A stretch of 64,000 bases of DNA from Octopus vulgaris (lineage: Eukaryota). The notes under the pieces were generated by a model. That model was not told where the DNA came from, made no database searches, and saw nothing but the letters and a program-made list of their open reading frames with translations. Below are positions 1 through 10,957 of the stretch, piece by piece. The first letter of the stretch is position 1, and each line of letters opens with the position of its first letter. The position numbers and the translations under genes are program-made. The DNA lies in the NCBI GenBank assembly GCA_951406725.2, contig OX597815.1:212970001-213034000 (forward strand). The letters run 5' to 3'.

Positions 1-379
1 AGTATTTGTTGCAATTGCTTCCCCCAGAGTCATCTCCCAATCATGATCATATTTGTCACAAAAACATTATGTAAAAAAATCGCCGAAAATAATTGCTGGA
101 TTTCGCAATTAATTTCAATTCTTCCCAAAATTTATTTCCAAGTTATAAATATTGTTATTGTACAAAAAAATTCATCCAAAATATCGCCAGAAACAATCGT
201 AGTAATGAAAACTTGAGAATCCAAAAATCCAGTATTGTGGATCTGGATTTAGCCCAGAATGTTCTTAATTTACTCACGGAGTTGGCCTGATTCCAGAATG
301 GTATACGTTGAGCTACAACCTCTTGGAATAAAGTTGAAAAAGTGCGACACACTGACATTCGCATTTATTATATTATATT
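1..379 (-). mobile_element. Possible Helitron-like 5' end (non-autonomous), running off the window start
   Basis: Minus strand from ~379 reads aatataatataataaatgcgaatgtcagtgtgtcgc, resembling the 'TATAATAAATGCGAA..GTCTGTC' 5' motif of non-autonomous Helitrons. The other end is not in the window. Confidence 0.35.
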
Positions 380-381
380 AA

Positions 382-412
382 GGTGAACTGCGATATGGCG
401 AGTGATTACTGT
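382..412. mobile_element. Tigger/pogo-like terminal inverted repeat remnant
   Basis: gtgaactgcgatatggcgagtgattactgta; a near-identical copy lies at ~3587-3615. The reverse complement begins TA+CAGTAATC..TC..ATATCGC, typical of Tigger ends. Confidence 0.45.
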
Positions 413-415
413 ATG

Positions 416-464
<49 letters not shown>

Positions 465-487
465 GTGTGTGTGTGTATGTGTGTAGG

Positions 488-556
<69 letters not shown>

Positions 557-568
557 GTATATATATAC

Positions 569-1287
569 AGACCCAGGAAAACCTGGGACGAGGTGGTGAA
601 GCACGACCTTCGAACGTTAGGTCTCACCATGGAAATGACTAGAGACCGAGAACTATGGAAGAATGCTGTGCATGAGAAGACCCAGCAAGACTAGTGAAGC
701 CATAACCCGTGGCCCCTACCTGGGACGTAGTCAGTCCACCTGTGCATACCTTCCTTCTTGTGACACTTGTGAAGACCTGTTGAGGCAAGTGAAAATCAAA
801 TCAAATCAAATCAAAAAAAAAAAATAAATAAATAAATAAATAAAATAAAATCAAACCAAATCAAAATGGATGAACATCAATGGAATTTGTATCCTTGTGG
901 TACCAGTACCGGTGGCACATAAGAAAACCATCCGAACGTGACTGTAGCCAGTACCGCATCGACTGGCCTCCGTGCTGTGGGCACGTAACAAACACCATCC
1001 GATCGTGGCCGTTCGCCAGCCTTGTCTGGCACCTGTGTCGGTGGCACATAAGAAAACACCATCCGAGCGTGGCCGTCTGCCAGCCTTGTCTGGCACCTGT
1101 GTCGGTGGCACATAAAATCACCCACTACACTCTCGGAGTGGTTGGCGTTAGGAAGGGCATCCAGCTGTAGAAACACTGCCAGATCAGACTGGCCTGGTGC
1201 AGCCTTCGGGCTTGCCAGACCCCAGTTGAACCGTCCAACCCATGCTAGCATGGAAAGCGGACGTTAAACGATGATGATGATGATGAT
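569..1287 (+). mobile_element. RTE LINE 3' fragment (ORF C-terminus + 3'UTR type A + (GAT)n tail) in a (TA)n tract
   Basis: Encodes [20 protein letters not shown]..., matching the end of the 6702-9539 ORF. Shared terminal ~170 bp ends ggacgttaaac(gat)n. Flanked by (TA)n on both sides. Confidence 0.95.
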
Positions 1288-2135
1288 ATATATATATACA
1301 TACATATATTAATACATACATATACATATATTAATACATACATATATATATATGTATATATATATATATATCTATATCTATCTATCTATCTATCTCTCTC
1401 TCTCTATATATATAAGAGTTGAAATTTATTGCGACGGCATGTTGTGAGATGTGAAAGATGAACAATGCATGAAGTTTTAAGGAAATATTTATATTTTACT
1501 GTTACATTGTACACACCTTGCCTCAACTGGCAGGTGATAAAATCCTAGAACATGCAAAGTAAAGAAGTTTATTTCGGCCTGTGTGTTCTTATTGTAGTAG
1601 TAAACCATAGAGAGAGATATGGTAATGTGCAGAGAAGAGAAAGTGAGAGAGTGAGGGACGAAACAACTGCTTCGTTGGTGAGACACCATAGTTGTTCTCT
1701 TTGCTTTTTCTTTTTGCGACGCTATTTTGTTTGGCCTGTCAACCAGACTCCTTTCTCACTAACTGAGTTGTCACCAAGTGACTAACTGATTGAGTTGTCA
1801 CTAACTGACTAACTGATTTTTGCTTGGGGTCCTTGTTTTTATAACTGTCTAGAAGGATAGACATATCGTTGAGAACAATGAATTTCGTTGGTGGTACTTG
1901 TTATCCAAATACTAGCTTTTGGTGTCTTATAAGAGGTTAGAAGGGTCAGGTGGTGAAGACATTATTTCGGCCTAGCTAAGGTAATCTGGTAAATGTAAAA
2001 CTGCTGTCACAGAAAAAAGCCATTGTTCCACCATGAGAAAAGTTCTGTTAAACTGATAATTTAAATTTGGCTATGGTGGATCAACGAATCCACTTCATGT
2101 GTGCAAGATCCACTACATATATATATATAATTATT

Positions 2136-2408
2136 GTGCCAGTGGCATGTAAAAAGCACCAACCGACTGTGGCCATTGCCAGCCTCGCCTGGCACCTGTG
2201 CCAGTGGCACATAAAAAGCACCCACTACACTCACGGAGTGGTTGGCGTTAGGAAGGGCATCCAGCCGTAGAAACATTGCCAGATCAAACTGGGCCTGGTG
2301 CAGCCTCCTGGTGCAGCCTCCTGGTGCAGCCTCCTGGCTTGCCAGAGCCCAGTCGAACCGTCCAACCCATGCTAGCATGGAAAACGGACGTTAAATGATG
2401 ATGATGAT
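2136..2408 (+). mobile_element. RTE 3'UTR terminal fragment with (GAT)n tail
   Basis: cccactacactcacggagtggttggcgttaggaagggcatcc...catgctagcatgg...gatgatgat; internal ~14-bp cctggtgcagcct tandem x3; TA-tract flanks. Confidence 0.92.
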
Positions 2409-2771
2409 ATATATATATATATATATATTACCATTTTTACCCCTCCGCAAAAAAATCTCAAATTTTATTTAATTTGATTTTCGCGGGAAGGAAAGTTTCA
2501 TTGAAGTCATGTATCGCCTTGACCTTCGAAACGTGGAGTAGATGAATCTAAGGTGACTGAAGAAGGGGAATTTTCCTTGTTTTGTATGTCCTCTACTCTA
2601 TTTTTTCATTGTTTTTAAAAAATGTCCATTTCCTTGGTTTTGTGTTTATGTTTTCGTTTCTCATTGTGTTCGACGTTTTTTTGGTGTCCTGTACCCATAT
2701 ATGCATGTATATATACATGTAGAGGTAGGTAGTACATATATGTATGTATATATGCATATGTTTTATTTATT

Positions 2772-2811
<40 letters not shown>

Positions 2812-2815
<4 letters not shown>

Positions 2816-3615
2816 GGCAATACCTTGACTATTACGTATGTTACATTCCAAGACCCCACACAATAGGTGAAAATCTGAAAAGTAGAAACAGTACTGTATA
2901 TATATATTTTTTTATTATTTTTCATCATCATCATCATCATCATCATCGTTTAGCGTCCGTTTTCCATGCCAGCATGGGTTGGACGGTTCTACTAGGGTCT
3001 GTGAAGCCAGAAGGCTTCATCAGGCCCAGTCAAATCTGGCAGTGTTTCTACGGCTGGATGCCCTTCCTAACGCCAACCACTCCGTGAGTGTAGTGGGTGC
3101 TTTTTACGTGCCACCCGCACTGGTGCCAGACAGAGCTGGCAAACGGCCACGAACGGATGGTGCTTTTTATGTGCCACCGGCACGAGGGCCAGGCGAGGCT
3201 AGCAACGGACACGAAACGGGGCATATTTTTATAATTTGTATATATTTATTCTATTATAAATGTAAAAGAACACCTCACACTTGTCTCCTGAGTTTCATTT
3301 TCCATACAATATGTGCGCTTCTTTGTTCATCTATGGTAGACTACGTATTTACTTTTAATATATTTTAGTTAATGTGTTATACGGTGCAGTACTGTACTGC
3401 ATTTTTATTTATTAGTTTATTTATTTTTAGGCATGAAAATGCTTATTTTTACCACAGAAATAATTAAAATATAAAAAAATATAAATACCTATTGGCCACA
3501 GAAACCTGCGATATACTGTGGAGTCCGTGATATAAATTTCATATATTAGCCAGAAAAATCCACAATATACTGAGGACACGATAGATGAACTGCGATATGG
3601 TGAGTGATTACTATG
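2812..3615. mobile_element. Tigger/pogo-like MITE interrupted by an RTE 3' fragment
   Basis: Left end cggcaataccttgactattacg and right end (reverse complement) tagtaatcactcaccatatcgc are loosely inverted. TA flanks; non-coding AT-rich interior. Confidence 0.4.
2922..3218 (-). mobile_element. RTE 3'UTR terminal fragment
   Basis: (CAT)n followed by the reverse complement of the RTE terminal segment (ggatgcccttcctaacgccaaccactcc). Confidence 0.92.
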
Positions 3616-3672
3616 TGTGTGTGTGTGTGTATACATACGTACATACATACATACATACATTCCCACCCCACT

Positions 3673-3721
<49 letters not shown>

Positions 3722-4196
3722 GAAGTGATTCATGGTTTAAAACTGTCAGAAAGTGACTGGAAGGATCTCAGCAAGATTTACTTTGAAGATAAAACATTTC
3801 CATCATGAGAATTTATTTCCCAGACAATCTCCAACAGATTGTGGTGCCTCACAAGCAGATGCTTCCTTTCCTCTTTCCTAGTTCAGATCATCTTGTGCTC
3901 CTAAGTCTTCTCTCTATGTTTTGAGTGTGCGTTCCAATGATAAGGTTAACAAAATGCTAACTGTAGTTGACACTATAGTTTATATGGAGGAGGAACTTCT
4001 GGGTCTGCTGTATAGGACCTCTTAGGCTTCAGGGCCCAGGCTGGGGGTGCAAACTGAAGGGCTATCCTGGGTAGTATCCACTCAAGCTCAGCTATCAGCT
4101 AACATTGCCATTCGCAGTCCCCTTGCCTGACAATTGCAGCTTTCCACTGGTATTCATTTGTCTTTTTTGGCTGCTGAAGTGGACTAAGGTGTTATA

Positions 4197-5214
4197 ATGG
4201 AGGCAGCTGAATGCAGATCAGTGATCAGGTTCTTATACTTGAAAGGATGTACACCAAGAAAGAATTTTATGGTGATGATGCACCATCATCATACAATGTA
4301 GTCAAGCACTGACATCACCAGTTCAAATGTGGTCGGAAATCAGTGGAAACTACTATTCCTGGATGAGCACATTCCACAATTGATGACAACACTATCCATA
4401 AAGTGGAAGCTGCCATTTTGAAGGATTGTCACATAACTCTTCGGCAACTAGTCCAAGAAGTGAAGATAAACGTAGGGTCCATGGAAAAAATCATTCACAA
4501 CCATTTGCACATTCAGAAGTTGTCTGCGTGATGCATTCCCTGGATGCTGACACCTTTTCAGAAGCAGGAATGAGTTGATTGCTTCTTGGCACTTTTGGCA
4601 ATGTGCCAAGAAAACGAGGACTTATCATACAGGATGAAACATGGGTTTATCACTATGATCCTGAGACTAAAATCCAGTCAAAGCAATGGAAGCATGATAA
4701 CTCACCACCTCCAAAGAAGGCTGCTTACAGTCTTTTGAGACCAGCACAGAGTAGTGATGATGGATTTTTGGCGAAGGGCACCACAATTAGATGTTTCTCT
4801 ACTGCAGAAATTGTGGGACGTCATCAAAGCAGAGAGATGTGGTATGCTGACCAAAGGAGTCTGCCTCCTCCAAGACAGTGCCCCAATTCACAATGCACAT
4901 GTTGCCCAGATGAAAGCACACTCCTGTGACTATGAAATCCTTCCTCATCTTCTTTACTCTCCCGTCCAAACATGAAGTCTTTTTTGAAGGGGAAGCACTT
5001 TTTGGATGATGATGAACTTATTTCTGAGGTAAAGTCTTGGCTCCAGATGCAGCCTACTGACTCCTACAGACAAAGTCTGCATAAAGTGGTGAGAGAAGTG
5101 TGTCACCATTGGTGGTGGTTATGTAGAGTGATGGACTAATAATTATGCCAAGTTTTGCTTATCTCAGTCCCTGGGAAGTGGGTCAGGGGCAATTTTTAAT
5201 GAACACCCCTTGTA
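4197..5214 (+). pseudogene. Decayed mariner (Tc1/mariner) transposase with right TIR
   Basis: Frames give MEAAECRSVIRFLYLKG, SA*CIPWMLT (WVPxxL motif), IQDETWVYHYDPETKIQSKQW, LLQDSAPIH and ILPHLLYSP, with multiple stops/frameshifts. Right end aatttttaatgaacaccccttg+TA at 5191-5214; left TIR not recognisable. Confidence 0.9.
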
Positions 5215-5495
5215 CCAATTGTTGGTTTTCCATAATCTCAAGTAAGGTCATCTGAAAGTAATACTTACTTATATATTTACTTGCCTCTCCTCCTCCTACT
5301 CCTCCTAAAAACTCATCTCCCATACCATATTTCAGTCCAGCTCTTTAAATGCTTTTTCCCAGTCCTTCTTTCTAAGGCTGCTAACCTCTGCAATTTCTTC
5401 CTTGTCCCCACCACACCCTTTTTTTTGTTTGTTCAGGTATTGACCTACATATTTTTAAAATGTTCATTAACTGTATGAACAGCATCACTCTAGGT

Positions 5496-5854
5496 CAGGG
5501 ATTCTCAACCAATTTTTATCTATGGACCCCTTTGGTTATTATTTTCTTTTGGGGAACCCCCCCTCCCCATAGTCATCCGATGTTGAAAAACTAGTTTTAT
5601 AGAAACCTCTTTCAAAATTCCCATTTTGTTTTTCCCACATTCACTTGTGTAGTTTGAACCATATAAAATGCTAGAAAAGGAAACCAAGCTCTTTCTTGCA
5701 ATATATACCAATACATACATTTAAAGCAACATTTTTTCAGGTGCCCTTACAATACTGCTGTGGAGTCCCAATATGCTATTTTGTTGTGTGGACCTCCTAA
5801 AATCTTTTATGGACCCTCAGGAGCCATATGAACTTCAGTTGAAAAAAACCACTG
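5496..5854. mobile_element. Non-autonomous hAT (Charlie/MER5-like) element
   Basis: Ends cagggattctcaac ... gttgaaaaaaaccactg; 8-bp TSD ctctaggt (5488-5495) / ctctagat (5855-5862), one mismatch. Confidence 0.85.
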
Positions 5855-5879
5855 CTCTAGATGGTAGGATGAGGGTATT

Positions 5880-6240
5880 CTCTTAAAATCATCAGTTTAG
5901 CAATGACTTGCAGGTGATGCTGAAGCCATCAAGAACACCCCATGTTTATGTGAGATGAATATCTTCCATCTTCCTCTTCTGTAGACATCATGCTATTTCC
6001 TACATCTGCAAAGGAGTACAGATTATAGAGGTTTATTGGTTGTGCTTGATGTATTTTTGTGATTGTAGCAGATGTATTCAGTTTTTGAGGCATTAAAATA
6101 AAGACCCATATCTTCTCCTGCTCTTTTGAGGTCGTGTAGAAGTGTGATAGTCTTTGCGATGGAGTTTGTGAAGTGAGTTATTATCAGCATAATTTTCATC
6201 TGCTGTTATTGTGTCTGATTAATAAGGGAAGATGGATTTT
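5880..6240 (-). pseudogene. Old LINE reverse-transcriptase relic
   Basis: Minus strand translates (with a frameshift) as ..DENYADN.. then TLLHDLKRAGEDMGLYFNASKTEYI, i.e. degenerate YADD and GLxxNxxKT RT motifs. Confidence 0.7.
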
Positions 6241-6347
6241 GTTCTTATTCATTAATTTTTCAATTGAAATGTGAAGGATATAGTCCAGGCAAATGATAAA
6301 AAGGAATGGTACAAGTATATCACCATACAAGAAACTAAAAGAAGTCT

Positions 6348-6399
<52 letters not shown>

Positions 6400-6401
<2 letters not shown>

Positions 6402-6563
6402 CACAGGAGTGGCTGTGTGGTAAGTAGCTTGCTTCCCAACCATATAGTTTCGGGTTCAGTCCCACTGCGTGGCACCTTGAGCAAGTGTCTGCTACTATAG
6501 CCTTGAGCTGACTGAAGCCTTGTGAGTGGATTTGGTTGATGGAAACTGAAAGAAGCCCATTGT
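6400..6563 (+). mobile_element. tRNA-derived SINE, 5' half (split by the RTE insertion)
   Basis: Box A TGGCTGTGTGG 6410-6420 and box B GGTTCAGTCCC 6453-6463; colinear with the intact copy at 60910-61291. Confidence 0.9.
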
Positions 6564-6615
6564 ATATATATATTTATATATATATATATATATGTATTAT
6601 ATATATATATATATA

Positions 6616-9600
6616 AAGGAACACAGGTACAAGATTTTCCCACAGGCAAGGAACACAGGTACAAGATTTTCTGGGCAGGGAACACTGACGGGGTTGGTGG
6701 CGTGGGTATACTTATCGCTGAGAAATGGATAGATAGAGTAGTTGAGGTAATCAGAGTAAGTGACAGAATACTTAAGATTAGAATAGTGCTTCATAATAGA
6801 TTAGCAACCATTATATCGGCCTATGCCCCTCAGCCAGGGCTACCCGATGGACAGAAAGACAGTTTCTATGACACCCTACTGCAGACCACCTCATCGACGA
6901 ACGACAGGGACCTTCTTTTTGTGGCTGGTGATTTCAATGGGCATGTTGGACGACATGCTGGGGGCTTCCATGGCGTACATGGAGGCTACGGTTATGGTTC
7001 CCGCAACGAGGAGGGAACCAGGCTGCTGGAGTTCTGCGATGCGAATAGTCTTATGGTCTGCAACACTAACTTCAGGAAACCAACAAGCCACCTGGTCACC
7101 TACCGATCGGGCCGGCATACTAGCCAAATCGACTACATCCTTGCCAGAAAAAGGGAAAGATGGCTGCTTAAAAATGCCAAAACCTTCCCAGGCGAAGAAT
7201 GTACCCCACAACATAGACTGGTAGTTAGTGACTTTAGGATCAGGACTAAGAGGGCGACTAGAAGACGACCAACATGGAGAAGAAGGGTCTGGAAGCTTAA
7301 AGCCCCTGCGAATGGACAGAGATTTAGAGATATGTTACTTGAAGCCTTCGACGAAGTGGAAGGGGGTATAGCTACACATGGGGTAGAAGACAACTGGACG
7401 TTTCTGAGGGACAACCTGCTGAAAGCCGCTGACCAGATCTGTGGCTGGTGCAAAGTCCCCTTAAGACCCAAAATAACGTGGTGGTGGAACAATATTGTTG
7501 ACAGGGCTATTAGACAAAAGAAACAGGCTTGGAAGGCCTGGAAGAACGGTGGTAGCAGGGAAGGGTATCAGACTGCCAGAAGGGAAGCTAGGAGACAGGT
7601 CTATCTAGCCAGAGGGGAAGCAGATAAGAGAAAATTTGCCAATGTCCTGCGCCGTGAGGTTGAAAGACTTGAGGTATTTCGTGTTGCAAGACAGTGTGTG
7701 AGAGAGAATCGTGATGTGGTAGGAGAGAAATGTGTTCGCATGGAGGATGGTTCACTTGCGCTAAATGAGGATGCAAAGAGAGAAGCTTGGAGACGCCACT
7801 ATGAAAGGTTACTGAATGAGGAAAATGAATGGGATAAAGAGAGTCTGCCGAATGTTGACCCTACAGAGGGACCAGCTATCCGAGTTGATAGTTCCGTGGT
7901 AGCTAAGGCAATTAGAAGCATGAAGACAGGGAAAGCCCCAGGCCCATCAGGAATTACTGCAGAGATGCTCAAAATATCTGGCAGTGTCGGCTATAACCTA
8001 GTCACCCGTATAGTCAACCAGGTGATACACGAAGGAGTCATACCCAATGACTGGTGCAGCAGCATACTAGTCAACTGCTACAAAGGTAAAGGTGATGCCC
8101 TAGATACAAATAATTACAGAGGTATCAAGCTGTTGGATCAAGTAATGAAGGTTACGGAGAGGGTCATAGCCCAACTAATTAGAGAGAGAGTTAGTTTAGA
8201 TGAGATGCAGTTTGGGTTCGTGCCAGGGAAAAGTACCACTGATGCTATATTCCTGGTAAGGCAGCTGCAGGAGAAATACCTAGCCAAAGATAAGCCCCTG
8301 TACCTGGCTTTCGTTGACATGGAGAAAGCTTTTGATAGGGTCCCCCGATCCCTTATCTGGTGGTCAATGAGGAAACTAGGGATAGATGAATGGCTGGTGA
8401 GGACTGTGCAAGCCATGTACAGAGATGCCGTAAGTAAGGTTAGGGTTGGCAACATGTACACAGAAGAATTCAAAGTAGAGGTTGGGGTCCACCAGGGTTC
8501 AGTACTCAGCCCCCTCCTATTTATCATAGTACTCCAGGCAATTACGGAGGAATTCAAGACAGGCTGTCCCTGGGAGCTCCTCTACGCTGACGACCTTGCT
8601 CTTATTGCTGAGTCACTATCAGAACTGGAGGAGAAGTTCCAGGTGTGGAAGGAGGGTTTAGAATCAAGGGGCCTTAGAGTCAACCTAGCTAAAACCAAAG
8701 TACTAATAAGTAGAAAGGTAGACAATCCACAAATATCTTCAGGAAGATGGCCCTGCTCGATCTGTAGAAAAGGTGTAGGTAGAAACTCTATAAGATGTAC
8801 CCAGTGTAAGCTATGGACACATAAGAGGTGCAGCAATGTCAAAGGTAGGCTAACTGGGAAGATAGTTTTTGTATGTGGCAGATGCTCGGGAGCATTAACC
8901 TCCGAAAATCTGCAGAAAACAACTTCCGTCACTTTCCAGGGGGAAAAACTAGAAGTAGTTGATAGCTTCCGTTATCTAGGTGACCAAGTCAGTAGTGGGG
9001 GTGGGTGCGCTGAAAGTGTAACTGCTAGAATAAGAATAGCCTGGGCAAAGTTTAGGGAGCTCTTACCTCTGCTGGTGACTAAAGGCCTCTCGCTCAGAGT
9101 AAAAGGCAGACTGTATGATGCGTGTGTACGAACAGCCATGCTACATGGCAGCGAAACATGGGCCGTGACTGCTGAGGACATGCGTAAGCTCGTGAGGAAT
9201 GAAGCCAGTATGCTCCGATGGATGTGTAATGTCAGTGTACATACTCGACAGAGCGTTAGCACCTTGAGAGAAATGTTGTACCTAAGAAGCATCAGTTGTG
9301 GTGTGCAAGAGAGACGATTGCGCTGGTATGGTCATGTGGCGAGAATGGATGAAGATAGGTGTGTGAGAAAGTGCCAATCCCTAGCAGTTGAGGGAACCCG
9401 TGGAAGAGGTAGACCCAGGAAAACCTGGGACGAGGTGGTGAAGCACGACCTTCGAACTTTAGGCCTCACTGAGGAAATGACCAGAGACCGAGACCTTTGG
9501 AAATATTCTGTACGTGAGAAGACCAGGCAGGACAAGTGAGCCCAGCCCACTTATGAATGCCTTTCCTCCCTTGGACACAAAGACCGGTTGAGGCAAGCGA

Positions 9601-10359
9601 AGTCGATATAGAACCTCATCCGACGACAGACACCCATGCCAACCCCCCATGCTTGCGAAGACATGTTGGGGCAAGCGAAATCGAAATCGAAACCGAATCG
9701 AACCAGCCAGGATCCCTGGCCTGGTGGTACGTAAAAAGCACTATCCGACTCGTGGCCGTGGCACGTAAAATACTCCAATGCGACCGTACGACAGGCACCC
9801 ATGCCAACCCCCTTTGCTTGTGAAGACATGTTGGGGCAAGCGAAATCGAAATCGAATTGAACCAGCCAGGATCCCTGGTCTGATGGTACGTAAAAAGCAC
9901 TATCCGACTCGTGGCCGTGGCACGTAAAATACTCCAATGCGACCGTACGACAGGCACCCTTGCCAACCCCCTTTGCTTGTGAAGACATGTTGGGGCAAGC
10001 GAAATCGAAATCGAATTGAACCAGCCAGGATCCCTGGTCTGGTGGTACGTAAAAAGCACTATCCGACTCGTGGCCGATGCCAGCACCGCCTCGACTGGCT
10101 TCCGTGCCGGTGGCACATAAAATACACCAATCTGACCGTGGCCGTTGCCAGCCCCGCCTGGCACCTGTGCAGGTGGCACGTAAAAAGCACCCACTACACT
10201 CACGGAGTGGTTGGCGTTAGGAAGGGCATCCAGCTGTAGAAACATTGCCAAATTTAGACTGGAGCCTGGTGCAGCCTTCTGGCTTCCCAGAACCCCGGTC
10301 GAACCGTCCAACCCATGCTAGCATGGAGAACGGACGTTAAACGACGATGATGATGATGA

Positions 10360-10363
<4 letters not shown>
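6616..10363 (+). mobile_element. RTE-clade LINE, 5'-truncated within the endonuclease, with modular 3'UTR (type B) and (GAT)n tail
   Basis: Single long APE+RT ORF, ~800-bp 3'UTR with three ~160-bp units, (GAT)n tail; inserted in the central (TA)n of a SINE. Confidence 0.97.
6642..9539 (+). CDS. RTE ORF: AP endonuclease (N-terminus missing) + reverse transcriptase with an internal PHD-type zinc finger
   Basis: APE motifs AYAPQ, AGDFNGHVG, SQIDYIL, QHRLV. RT motifs KAPGPSG, NYRGIKLL, QFGF, FVDMEKAFD, GVHQGSVLSP, YADD (8583-8594), FRYLG (8967-8981); RTE C-terminal RGRPRKTW. The frame is open from 6642 (TGKEHRYKIFWAG); no native start codon. Confidence 0.95.
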   Translation, partial: TGKEHRYKIFWAGNTDGVGGVGILIAEKWIDRVVEVIRVSDRILKIRIVLHNRLATIISAYAPQPGLPDGQKDSFYDTLLQTTSSTNDRDLLFVAGDFNGHVGRHAGGFHGVHGGYGYGSRNEEGTRLLEFCDANSLMVCNTNFRKPTSHLVTYRSGRHTSQIDYILARKRERWLLKNAKTFPGEECTPQHRLVVSDFRIRTKRATRRRPTWRRRVWKLKAPANGQRFRDMLLEAFDEVEGGIATHGVEDNWTFLRDNLLKAADQICGWCKVPLRPKITWWWNNIVDRAIRQKKQAWKAWKNGGSREGYQTARREARRQVYLARGEADKRKFANVLRREVERLEVFRVARQCVRENRDVVGEKCVRMEDGSLALNEDAKREAWRRHYERLLNEENEWDKESLPNVDPTEGPAIRVDSSVVAKAIRSMKTGKAPGPSGITAEMLKISGSVGYNLVTRIVNQVIHEGVIPNDWCSSILVNCYKGKGDALDTNNYRGIKLLDQVMKVTERVIAQLIRERVSLDEMQFGFVPGKSTTDAIFLVRQLQEKYLAKDKPLYLAFVDMEKAFDRVPRSLIWWSMRKLGIDEWLVRTVQAMYRDAVSKVRVGNMYTEEFKVEVGVHQGSVLSPLLFIIVLQAITEEFKTGCPWELLYADDLALIAESLSELEEKFQVWKEGLESRGLRVNLAKTKVLISRKVDNPQISSGRWPCSICRKGVGRNSIRCTQCKLWTHKRCSNVKGRLTGKIVFVCGRCSGALTSENLQKTTSVTFQGEKLEVVDSFRYLGDQVSSGGGCAESVTARIRIAWAKFRELLPLLVTKGLSLRVKGRLYDACVRTAMLHGSETWAVTAEDMRKLVRNEASMLRWMCNVSVHTRQSVSTLREMLYLRSISCGVQERRLRWYGHVARMDEDRCVRKCQSLAVEGTRGRGRPRKTWDEVVKHDLRTLGLTEEMTRDRDLWKYSVREKTRQDK

Positions 10364-10400
<37 letters not shown>

Positions 10401-10413
<13 letters not shown>

Positions 10414-10600
10414 GTGTGTCCCCCCATCACCACTTGACAACCGATGCTGGTGTGTTTATGTCCTTGTAACTTAGCAGTTCGGCAAAAGAGACTGATAGAG
10501 TAAGTACTAGGTTTACAAAGAATAAGTCCTGGGGTCGATTTGGTCGACTAAAGGCAGTGCTCCAGCATGGCCGCAGTCAAATGACTGAAACAAATATAAG
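10401..10600 (+). mobile_element. tRNA-derived SINE, 3' half
   Basis: ttgacaaccgatgctggtgtgttt...ggggtcgatttggtcgactaaaggc...aatgactgaaaca matches 61120-61291 and continues 6400-6563. Confidence 0.9.
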
Positions 10601-10654
10601 AAAAATATATATATCTGTGTGCGTGTGTGCATATGACTCTCTTCTTACCTTCAC

Positions 10655-10830
10655 AGGGCCTAATAGTTGTAAACGAGTGTCACTGTCATGCATGCAGCAC
10701 CCTTCTATATCAACTTGTCAGGTCGTGGAAAGGCAATAGGAATGACGTGCAACTGTAGGAAATCTGCTTTAACAAATTCCATTTGACCCATACAAGAATG
10801 GAAAAGTGGATATTAAAGCAATGATGATGC
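10655..10830 (+). mobile_element. Old SINE 3' part with an RTE-like tail
   Basis: tgacccatacaagaatggaaaagtggatattaaagcaatgatgatg resembles the RTE terminus; similar to 58200-58432 and 61870-61990. Confidence 0.65.
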
Positions 10831-10957
10831 AACTTATAGAACTCCATTACTTGCCACTGTGTGACACCACAAACTGTGTCTGTCTACAATTGTGCATCTT
10901 GCTTGACTGTTAAATACCATATTAGACTGTTTTGCTATTTTTTTTTTTTTCTTTAAT

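Noticed and set aside
851-3368. Recurrent short ORFs such as MLAWVGRF..LDALPNANHS.. (also at 12459, 22890, 34863, 58590)
   Set aside because: Antisense translations of the RTE 3'UTR, recurring only because the repeat recurs.
6702-6704. Listed start of the 945-aa ORF as a real initiation site
   Set aside because: It is a GTG in the middle of the APE domain. The frame extends to 6642 and the N-terminal catalytic motifs are lost by truncation, so this copy is probably not autonomous.
9620-10200. CRISPR-like appearance of repeated palindromic units in RTE UTRs (also 900-1120, 23020-23980)
   Set aside because: The 'spacers' are homologous to each other, the context is a eukaryotic LINE 3'UTR, and there are no cas genes.
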